This document shows, piece by piece, positions 53,786 through 61,202 of a stretch of DNA of 64,000 nt. Position numbers and translations under genes: made by a program. Under the pieces are notes generated by a model. It worked only from the letters and a program-made list of their open reading frames with translations, did no database searches and had not been told where the DNA came from. Numbering within the stretch: the first letter of the stretch is position 1; each line of letters opens with the position of its first letter. Source of the stretch: a virus (Duplodnaviria; Heunggongvirae; Uroviricota; Caudoviricetes); the IMG/VR virus record IMGVR_UViG_3300044878_000136, positions 125,232 to 189,231 of that record. One strand, 5' to 3'.

Positions 53786-54229
53786 ATGCTCGTCGATCCT
53801 AGCAAAACAGCGTTCGAGAACATGCTGGCCCTGCTGAACACGACCAACGGTACCGAGTACACGGCAGAAGACGTGCAGTTCGGCCCACCGGAAGTGTACA
53901 GCAACCCAGCGCATCCCGACCACAACACCAAGGTCGTCCTGACTGGTATCGGCGATTACACCGGCACCATGGACATCTTCTACAAGCGTCTTGACCTCGA
54001 CCTCGAGATCATGTACCGCAACTACCCGATTGGCGATTACGCCGACGTAGCGGCCTTCATGGCGTACGTGGCGACGCACAACGAGGTTCGGGGCGATAAC
54101 GTACGTCTTGAGATCGACTACATCCCTAACGGGACTGTAGACGTTACTACGCGCTTGCTCCCAGTAGCCAACTCCTGGCTCTACATGGGTGAGCGTGAGA
54201 TCGTGTTCAAGGCACCGGTCGCACCGTAA
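53786..54229 (+). CDS. hypothetical protein, paralog of 53285..53770
   Basis: Tandem paralog. Confidence 0.55.
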   Translation: MLVDPSKTAFENMLALLNTTNGTEYTAEDVQFGPPEVYSNPAHPDHNTKVVLTGIGDYTGTMDIFYKRLDLDLEIMYRNYPIGDYADVAAFMAYVATHNEVRGDNVRLEIDYIPNGTVDVTTRLLPVANSWLYMGEREIVFKAPVAP

Positions 54230-54232
54230 CAC

Positions 54233-54280
54233 AAAAAAAAGAAAAGGCTAGATGCAGGCGTGAGCCTGCATCTATGCTGC
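54233..54280. terminator. bidirectional terminator, near-identical copy of 4513-4547
   Basis: acaaaaaaaagaaaagg then CTAGATGCAGGC-gtga-GCCTGCATCTATGCTG. Confidence 0.7.
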
Positions 54281-54282
54281 GA

Positions 54283-54320
54283 ACAGCATAAAGTCAGGGG
54301 ATCCAGCCCCTGACCTAAGC
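54283..54320. terminator. second stem-loop with CAGCATAAAG box
   Basis: CAGCATAAAGTCAGGGG-atccag-CCCCTGACCTAAG lies directly after the first hairpin. Together they read TCTATGCTGcgaaCAGCATAAAG. Confidence 0.45.
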
Positions 54321-54491
54321 CGACTAATGAATAGTCTAAACCAGCAACGCTGGATTGTTACAGCTGTATGCTTCCGAATTGTTGAGAGATTACGGTCAAG
54401 GCAGCAATCAAAACAAAGGTGCGGAACATTTTATTTACGAGACTACGGACAATCACTTCTTCACTCACTAACAAAAGGTTAACGTTGCATA

Positions 54492-54842
54492 TCAGTCGTT
54501 AATGGGAACGGTAGTACTCACATGCTCTTCGCACATCGCTGAGACGTCCTCAGCGATTGTGGCAGTAGTCGTGTTGAGACTACCACGATAAAGGTCGTCG
54601 GTGATGTTAAACAACAGGGGTACCGTCGCGCGATACCCCATGTCGGACATCTTTGCATCGTCTCGCAAATAAGTCAGCACTTCAGCCTTGGCTACCCCAG
54701 CATCATGCTTCTTTGCGATACCCTCGGCTTCCTTTGCCAGATTATTGCAATCCGTTTGTTGTACGAGGTATTCGCCGGCTACCGCATGGGCGGTGCTCAA
54801 AGAACCCAGAGCCAACAGCAGTACTGTCGCGAGATGTTTCAT
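54492..54842 (-). CDS. secreted protein
   Basis: Signal peptide MKHLATVLLLALGSLSTAHA. Confidence 0.5.
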   Translation of the reverse strand: MKHLATVLLLALGSLSTAHAVAGEYLVQQTDCNNLAKEAEGIAKKHDAGVAKAEVLTYLRDDAKMSDMGYRATVPLLFNITDDLYRGSLNTTTATIAEDVSAMCEEHVSTTVPIND

Positions 54843-54854
54843 GCAGCTTTTCCC

Positions 54855-55385
54855 TTAGAATTTCTGTCCGCTGTGACCCACAGCTTCGACGTTGAGTTTG
54901 AAACTGATCAGGCTCAGGATATCCACCCGATCCTCGTCAGTGTTGCAGCCTTCGATCTCATGCACCAAAGACTTGATGTTGACGCCCCCACGCCTACGAG
55001 AGGCACCCCAAGCCAGAGTTGCGATCTGGTTGATGTAGAGGTTATCAACGATCCACGGCGATGCTTCCGCCAAGGTCTTCAACTGCATGACCGTCGGTTG
55101 CACCAGTTGACACGAGAAGTAACGACCCCCGTCCTTCTCGGCTGCCTGCTTGCGTTTCCGATGGTAGTCGGTGTCGCGGCTAGTCAGCAGGCTGACGTAG
55201 TTGTCATTGACCATCGCAGCGAGGATTGTGTCATCCACACCCTCATCCGTGAAGTCAAACTTCTCCAGGTTCCTTTGTACGTAGTCGTAGATGTTGAAGT
55301 CAACCAGCGCCTCAACTACGCAGCCGTTGTAGTAGAACGGCATCCCCTTACGAACGTACCCCAGTTTTACTAAACTCATATCCAA
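54855..55385 (-). CDS. hypothetical protein
   Basis: 176-aa ORF. Confidence 0.5.
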   Translation of the reverse strand: MDMSLVKLGYVRKGMPFYYNGCVVEALVDFNIYDYVQRNLEKFDFTDEGVDDTILAAMVNDNYVSLLTSRDTDYHRKRKQAAEKDGGRYFSCQLVQPTVMQLKTLAEASPWIVDNLYINQIATLAWGASRRRGGVNIKSLVHEIEGCNTDEDRVDILSLISFKLNVEAVGHSGQKF

Positions 55386-55535
55386 TTCCTCGTGCTTAGC
55401 GTTTCACCACCCTTACAGGGTAAGTGGTCTTACCTGCTACCAATGTCAGCATGCTTTATTCTTTTATCGCTGTCGTTAAGATACTACAGCAGTGAGGTGA
55501 TCGCTCAATCCACCCCACCACTATCCCTAGTTACA

Positions 55536-56453
55536 TCACACGTCCAGCATCAGGCGATACGTGTCAAACTTCTCACGCACCCGATGCAAGAACACTTCCT
55601 CCACGCGGACATTTCTGGAACGTACTAGTCGGGGACGATTCTTCTTGTACCGCTTTGACTCTTTGAGTCGATCGTTGATCTCCGACACTTTCAGCCCATC
55701 TACTACGCACTGGGTTACTTCCGTCATCAACAAACCCATCTCGAAGGCTGGGAAGTCTTCGATCAGGTATACCTCGTAGCCCTCTCCGAACTGCGAGAGA
55801 CCTACCGTGTACAGAGAGTTCGGATCCCCTGGTTTATCCGCCGCCTGCCCCATGATGGAGTAGCCATTGGATTCCACCGAAGCGTTCACATACCGGCGAG
55901 CATGACGCTCCTCACAGCGTGCTGCGAAAGCCAGCATGTTCTCTTCTGTACACGCATCATCTGCCACAAGAGCGATCAGGTCTTGGCGATACGTGTTGTC
56001 CTTCGCGGAGGAGTCCACGGCCATAGCCAGATACGCGATCATCTGCGATCCCAAGAACTTGTCCGCATCTGGACAGAGATCGAACAGATTCCTCATGGCA
56101 GACAGGGTCGGATGAAACCGATCCAACTGGAAGGTACGACCCTTGTCGCCCTTATCGGCGTCACGGATGTACGTGCTATCTTCCAGCAGGACTGGTTCAT
56201 CGATGCGAGTGATAGTGTCACCTACCAGACCCATACGCACTACTTTACCATCGTCGGTATTAATGAACATCTCACCCAAGCCCCGAGCAACCAGGTACTG
56301 AGCGAAATTGCTCCAGCCTTCTTTGATCGCAGACCACCCGAATACGGTGGCCTCAAAGTAGAGGTTGAATTCTTTCGTTGGGACGAAGTAAATCAGGTTA
56401 ATGCAAACGCACTTGCCTGGAAACATGTCGCCTAGCTTTACCAGCTTCTTCAC
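55536..56453 (-). CDS. hypothetical protein
   Basis: 305-aa ORF. Confidence 0.5.
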   Translation of the reverse strand: MKKLVKLGDMFPGKCVCINLIYFVPTKEFNLYFEATVFGWSAIKEGWSNFAQYLVARGLGEMFINTDDGKVVRMGLVGDTITRIDEPVLLEDSTYIRDADKGDKGRTFQLDRFHPTLSAMRNLFDLCPDADKFLGSQMIAYLAMAVDSSAKDNTYRQDLIALVADDACTEENMLAFAARCEERHARRYVNASVESNGYSIMGQAADKPGDPNSLYTVGLSQFGEGYEVYLIEDFPAFEMGLLMTEVTQCVVDGLKVSEINDRLKESKRYKKNRPRLVRSRNVRVEEVFLHRVREKFDTYRLMLDV

Positions 56454-56472
56454 AACCCACTCCTAATACGAA

Positions 56473-57210
56473 TCAGTTTACTGCTTTAGCGGCCAGAAAG
56501 TGTTTGGCTTGTTCTGTAAAGACCTGTCTCCCAACAGTGGCTTTAATTGCCTGACCGGTGTACGTGTAGAACACCACATCACGCATGAACACTTCCTGAC
56601 GCTGGATCAGCTCTTCGGCCGATAGAACATTACCGGAACGAGAGAACTCTTGCCAGAGGCCGTTCAGGTACTTGCAGCTATGACCCGAGAAGTTCTGCAA
56701 GATATCTGCATCACGGATCATCTTCTGGAGGCTGGACTTTGGTTCGTGGATGAACGGGAACTCAGTCACCTTGATCAGGTTCTTGATCGCTTCCTTATTG
56801 AACTTCAGCCAGACCTTCGTGTCGTGGTCTTTGATCCAGGAACACGCATTCTCAATGAAGAGATACGCTTGCTCGATGTTCTCCGAGTCAGGACGCAGAC
56901 CACCGGAATGCATGACGTCATGCAGACACGCCGCTGCGAGCAACAACTTCAGTTGCCCAGCGTCGAAGGTCAGCGAATCGCTCATGTACAACTTACCGCA
57001 CCAGCTCACCATGTTCAGCAGATGCTGTTCATTGTGATACGGGAGATCGGCGGAGATGTTGTTCTCCTGGACGTACGACCACAGATGAATCAGGCCAAAC
57101 TGATCCAGCAGGTTAATCGCGTAGACCGCCGTGACTTGTTCGTCAACGGTCAACTGAGCGGCAGGCAGACGGCGCTGCTGCGCCTGAGGTACTTGATCGT
57201 TCATGTTCAC
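56473..57210 (-). CDS. HD-domain phosphohydrolase
   Basis: HNEQH ... LHDVMH fits the H...HD...D metal-binding pattern. Confidence 0.55.
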   Translation of the reverse strand: MNMNDQVPQAQQRRLPAAQLTVDEQVTAVYAINLLDQFGLIHLWSYVQENNISADLPYHNEQHLLNMVSWCGKLYMSDSLTFDAGQLKLLLAAACLHDVMHSGGLRPDSENIEQAYLFIENACSWIKDHDTKVWLKFNKEAIKNLIKVTEFPFIHEPKSSLQKMIRDADILQNFSGHSCKYLNGLWQEFSRSGNVLSAEELIQRQEVFMRDVVFYTYTGQAIKATVGRQVFTEQAKHFLAAKAVN

Positions 57211-57962
57211 GCCCGGATGTGTTTGTCTTGGTGGTTGATTGGGTTGCTGAGGGTTTGGATGTCCCAGAACTGGATATGGCCCTTAGCGAACGGGAACCAG
57301 CGGAGGATGATGTCCTCCAGCTCTTTCATGATCCCCACCAAGTTCCAGAGTTCAAACCCTTGAGCGTGAGCGTGATGAACCGCGAACTCACACTTCTCGC
57401 CGAAGAACGCCACCTGACCTTTCAGGATGATGTCCCAGCGATCCAGATCCATGTCCTGCGGTTCCTTGGGCGGATAGATGCGCAGACTGGCACCCTGATC
57501 CAGCGGAACGTAGGTGTGACCCAACGCATGGATCGTCGCACCCTCGGCATGGCGGCCGTTCATGCAGGCACGGAGTTTCTGCCGCATCATGTTCTGCATC
57601 GTTTGGGCGAGGTATTCTTTATCGTCCGACCACCACGCAGCGCGATTGTCTGGATGGAGTTGAACACCGAGCTCGCTGTACGCTTCGACCATGTCGCGAG
57701 CGATCGTCGCGTAGTTACTCGGGATGAGCGGCTGACGGCGCTGGGTGTTAGGTACCAGGTTGTAGTGGACCTGTTGCACTTCGCCATCGACGATGAAGTG
57801 ATAAGACACAACCGGTAGTTCGCTCAGACTGTTGATCCGGCGAGGCATTACCGGGATAACTTGCAAGGAGCTGGATTTGAACTCAGCTTCTTTGAGGGCT
57901 TGCAGTTTCATGTTGACTTCCTTATTAATGGGGAACGCTTCAGTCGTTCCAATCATCTTCAT
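57207..57962 (-). CDS. hypothetical protein
   Basis: 251-aa ORF with an ATGA overlap with the HD gene. Confidence 0.5.
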   Translation of the reverse strand: MKMIGTTEAFPINKEVNMKLQALKEAEFKSSSLQVIPVMPRRINSLSELPVVSYHFIVDGEVQQVHYNLVPNTQRRQPLIPSNYATIARDMVEAYSELGVQLHPDNRAAWWSDDKEYLAQTMQNMMRQKLRACMNGRHAEGATIHALGHTYVPLDQGASLRIYPPKEPQDMDLDRWDIILKGQVAFFGEKCEFAVHHAHAQGFELWNLVGIMKELEDIILRWFPFAKGHIQFWDIQTLSNPINHQDKHIRA

Positions 57963-58152
57963 CGCAGAGGGAATCTGCTTCTTTCACGCGACATGCTTTA
58001 CACACGTCGTAGATCGGACCACCACTACCCTCTTCGAAATCTCGATGAGGTTTGACGATCAGGTTACTGCCTTTGCACCAGTCGCAAGTCCCGACATTAT
58101 GCAAGTCGAGGTCTTCTTCTTCCGGCGCAACTTCTTCAGGTAAATCGCTCAT
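57940..58152 (-). CDS. small zinc-ribbon protein
   Basis: CDWC...CKAC four-Cys motif. The start is placed at ATG 58152 (MSDLPEE...), which has AGGA upstream. Confidence 0.45.
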   Translation of the reverse strand: MSDLPEEVAPEEEDLDLHNVGTCDWCKGSNLIVKPHRDFEEGSGGPIYDVCKACRVKEADSLCDEDDWND

Positions 58153-58167
58153 TCCTGATACCCTGAT

Positions 58168-58206
58168 GGCATAGAGCCCATTGCTGTATAACAATGGGCT
58201 GTTATG
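58168..58206 (-). terminator. stem-loop with CATAGAG box
   Basis: gGCATAGAGCCCATTG-ctgtataa-CAATGGGCT then GTTATG. The minus strand reads hairpin-CTCTATGCC then 16 nt then the ATG at 58152. Confidence 0.45.
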
Positions 58207-58218
58207 TAAATAATTACA

Positions 58219-58431
58219 TCAAACTACTAGCGAGTAGTAGCGGTCAAACCGCGCTCGCGAAATAGAAGTGGAGTCAACAGCATCCAGAGAACGCTTGACA
58301 AAGACCACATCGGCCTTGACCCGGCACGGATACACGACAGTCTTGCGACCATTGTGGTCCGTTTGATAGGCAACGTTCTCGGTGATGGGTTTGTAAACCA
58401 CTGGCTCTACAGCCTCGACGTTCTTACTCAT
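58219..58431 (-). CDS. small hypothetical protein
   Basis: 70-aa ORF. Confidence 0.4.
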   Translation of the reverse strand: MSKNVEAVEPVVYKPITENVAYQTDHNGRKTVVYPCRVKADVVFVKRSLDAVDSTSISRARFDRYYSLVV

Positions 58432-58443
58432 GAGTTCCTTTCC

Positions 58444-59052
58444 TTAGTACATCCAGCTCGGACGTTTGGTTTCACCCGCAACAAGACGGCCGTTGACGGC
58501 ACGTACGATGTTGTGGAAGTTTGCGTTGGACGGGTAGGTCAGGTAGGTGTAAGCACCACCTGCATCTTCCCCGGTACGGACAGCCAGCTTGTTCAGCGGG
58601 ATGCGCAGTTCGTTGGTACGCGAATCCGGATCAGGCCAGGACTGAGTGCCACGAGTCAGCCAGTGAGTGCAGACGCCCGATTCGTGGTAGACGTCCACGT
58701 TACCGTCGGCGTTAGCCAGTTTCTTCGCCAGGCGCAGGGCTTCGACCGAGTAGTCACGCTTGGAGGCGTGGAACTCAGTCCACCAGGTCAGCAGACCTTT
58801 GGAGGTCGTGGTGTCGCCATCGAGCAGTTCGTTGGCCTTGGCAGGTTCATTGGTGATCAGCTCGTTGAGTTCCTTGTACAGCAGGTCCTCGACAGCGATG
58901 TCGGTGGTGAACTTATCACCGGCCGCCTTGGTGACGAACTCAGGGATTTCTTTACCGAGCTGTGCCAACAAGAAACCCAAGCTGATGGCAGCGTCTTGGA
59001 TGCGGGCTTCGGTTGCGGTAGGGAGGTTCTTTTCGTCGTAGAATTCTTGCAT
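58444..59052 (-). CDS. hypothetical protein
   Basis: 202-aa ORF. Confidence 0.5.
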   Translation of the reverse strand: MQEFYDEKNLPTATEARIQDAAISLGFLLAQLGKEIPEFVTKAAGDKFTTDIAVEDLLYKELNELITNEPAKANELLDGDTTTSKGLLTWWTEFHASKRDYSVEALRLAKKLANADGNVDVYHESGVCTHWLTRGTQSWPDPDSRTNELRIPLNKLAVRTGEDAGGAYTYLTYPSNANFHNIVRAVNGRLVAGETKRPSWMY

Positions 59053-59064
59053 GGAATGTGTTCC

Positions 59065-59400
59065 TTATTGAACGCGTCTGGGTTTGATGAAGCCTTGCAT
59101 GATCAAGAACTCGACCATGGCTTCACAGGTTGGAGGATTTCCGCGGTACGTCAGCGACAGCTCCACTTCACGCGGGTTGAAGTGTTTGAGGATGCGGTAC
59201 TCCTCGGGGAATGCATTGTCTTCACCGGTGACCACAAAGATGCGTTCATCCGGTCCAGATAGATCTAGGTGCTCACCGAAAAAGTTGATAATAGACATGG
59301 GAGAGAGTTCCATTGTCATGCTTGACGCTCTCAAGTGTCTGGAAGCGCCATTCCTTAACACCGTTCTCGAACTTGACGAAGGTGTCGCAAGCATCTTCAC
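59065..59400 (-). CDS. small hypothetical protein, start uncertain
   Basis: ORF. The N-terminal part overlaps the 3' end of folA. An internal ATG at 59298/59319 is possible. Confidence 0.35.
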   Translation of the reverse strand: MKMLATPSSSSRTVLRNGASRHLRASSMTMELSPMSIINFFGEHLDLSGPDERIFVVTGEDNAFPEEYRILKHFNPREVELSLTYRGNPPTCEAMVEFLIMQGFIKPRRVQ

Positions 59401-59890
59401 TCGCCACCACCGTCAACTCAATCCGGGAGCAGTAAGGCAACATCGCCTCGTAGATCTGTGCCCCACCGATCACGTAGATCCATTCGGTCTCGAAAGACTT
59501 CGCAAGATCCAGCGCTTCTTGAACGGACCTAACCACATGGACTTCTGCCGGCCACTCAGTATCAGGCGTAGGCTTATCGCGACTGGTGATCACGATGTTG
59601 ATGCGATCCGGTAAAGGCTTCCCAAGCGACATGTAGGTGTTGTAACCCTGAATCACTACATTGCCTAGGGTGAATGCCCTGAACCTCGGCAGATCGCCTT
59701 TGATGCGTCCCCATGGCAGGGTGTTCTTCATCCCGATGCCACCATGTTCCGTCATCGCCAAGATAGCTGCGAGATTGGGTATTGGGGTAACGGGTTTCGG
59801 TCGTTTGAGTTCAGCCAAACGTTGCTGCCAATCTTCATAACGCATTACTAGCTTCCTCAGCTTAATAGCGCGAGTTGGTCGTGACGTCAA
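59273..59890 (-). CDS. folA: dihydrofolate reductase
   Basis: GGIGMKNTLPWGRIKGDLPRFRAFTLGNVVIQGYNTYMSLGKPLPDRINIVITS aligns with the E. coli FolA core (MPW...DL..F...T....V.MGR.T..S.GRPLPGR.NI.LS). Confidence 0.8.
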   Translation of the reverse strand: MTSRPTRAIKLRKLVMRYEDWQQRLAELKRPKPVTPIPNLAAILAMTEHGGIGMKNTLPWGRIKGDLPRFRAFTLGNVVIQGYNTYMSLGKPLPDRINIVITSRDKPTPDTEWPAEVHVVRSVQEALDLAKSFETEWIYVIGGAQIYEAMLPYCSRIELTVVASEDACDTFVKFENGVKEWRFQTLESVKHDNGTLSHVYYQLFR

Positions 59891-60320
59891 TCAAGACCGT
59901 TCCGATGAATTGGATCGAGGACTTCTTTGCGGTTATACGGATCCGCTCCTGACCCATGTACCTGTTGGCGCGAAACACATCCACCTGTTCCTCATCGATC
60001 TTCAACATCCTGAGGACGTAGGTAAGTTCGTTAGTCGAGTAATCCCTCAATGCGAAGGACCGCACGCTGAACTCATTTACCCAGTCTTCCAGTTTGTCTC
60101 GATCGTAGAAGTACCAGATGTTCTTCTTGTAGCCTTTGATCTGAGCATTTATCTTGGTGTTCGGGACTCCTTCCTTCTTACGCACTGCACGGGGATCAGC
60201 GAGAGTAATCTCACCTAGCCGATTCACACCACCATTGAATACTAAGTTGGGATGCTTATCGACTAGGGTGTCGATTATACCACGCTTGATCGTCTCGATA
60301 GCTGGTGTTCTAGTATCGAA
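59862..60320 (-). CDS. hypothetical protein
   Basis: I moved the start to ATG 60320 (MFDTRTPAIE...), which has AAGGA upstream. The longer track start includes the family-B motif. Confidence 0.45.
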   Translation of the reverse strand, partial: FDTRTPAIETIKRGIIDTLVDKHPNLVFNGGVNRLGEITLADPRAVRKKEGVPNTKINAQIKGYKKNIWYFYDRDKLEDWVNEFSVRSFALRDYSTNELTYVLRMLKIDEEQVDVFRANRYMGQERIRITAKKSSIQFIGTVLIDVTTNSRY

Positions 60321-60349
60321 CATGATCGTCCTTAGTGATGATTGATCTG

Positions 60350-60366
60350 TTGAATAATGTATCATC
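60350..60366 (-). promoter_or_regulatory. candidate promoter motif, family B
   Basis: The coding strand reads GATGATACATTATTCAACAG about 30 nt upstream of the ATG at 60320. Confidence 0.35.
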
Positions 60367-60380
60367 ACAATCGGTTTACA

Positions 60381-60788
60381 TCAGTGGACTGTGTTCCAGC
60401 GGTTTTCGTAATAGTCCGAGTGCTCCTCGTCATCACTGAGATCCAAGGCTGCGTGGCCCCGGTATTCATGCCGCCAGATATCTACCCAGAGTAACGTGAT
60501 TTCACGACCCCGGTAACTTCTGCCTTTAAAGCCTGGCTTGGTGGTGTGCTCGAGCAGTTCCAGGAATACCTCCCGCGAGACCTCCCGAGCCTTGGTGTAG
60601 TCAGGATGATGCCCACCCCGCGTCAACCAGTCTGTAATCACCACCACCTTACCGTTTTCCCTGACATCTGCAACAAACAACGAAGGTCCATGAAACTCCG
60701 ACCAGTAATCACCTGGCTGTGGATCCTTCAACATTTCTTTCATCGTCCGCTTTGGCATGACCAGGTCCTTAGGCTGCGTATTCAACAA
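60381..60788 (-). CDS. hypothetical protein
   Basis: 135-aa ORF. Confidence 0.45.
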   Translation of the reverse strand: MLNTQPKDLVMPKRTMKEMLKDPQPGDYWSEFHGPSLFVADVRENGKVVVITDWLTRGGHHPDYTKAREVSREVFLELLEHTTKPGFKGRSYRGREITLLWVDIWRHEYRGHAALDLSDDEEHSDYYENRWNTVH

Positions 60789-61149
60789 AGTACTCTGCGT
60801 GGATGACTCTGGCGTCGGGATGTTCCCGACGACGCAAGTACTGTTGCATTCCTACGAAAGCTTCAGTGCGGATGCAGAACGGTGTAACGTAAGCGTGGAC
60901 GCAGGGCTTCCAGCATTCTTCGTCTACGCTGTACTCACGGATCTCATAGACCGATTTCACAATCTGATCTTCAGCGATGACCGTGACTACCTCAAGATAC
61001 AGAACGTGCGGTACTTGCTGGAACTCAGTAACCGGAACCAACGCGTACGACCCCATGCGGTATTCGCCGTCCGGGGTAAAGGAGATTGCTTCATTTTGCA
61101 ATTCGGTATTAGAGTTTTTAATGATGCCGAATGACTTGCGTGTTAACAT
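60769..61149 (-). CDS. hypothetical protein
   Basis: 126-aa ORF. Confidence 0.45.
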   Translation of the reverse strand: MLTRKSFGIIKNSNTELQNEAISFTPDGEYRMGSYALVPVTEFQQVPHVLYLEVVTVIAEDQIVKSVYEIREYSVDEECWKPCVHAYVTPFCIRTEAFVGMQQYLRRREHPDARVIHAEYFVEYAA

Positions 61150-61202
61150 GATTGAACCCCAGTGGAACGGGGGAGATGGTCCTCCCCCAAGCGATACATC
61201 CT

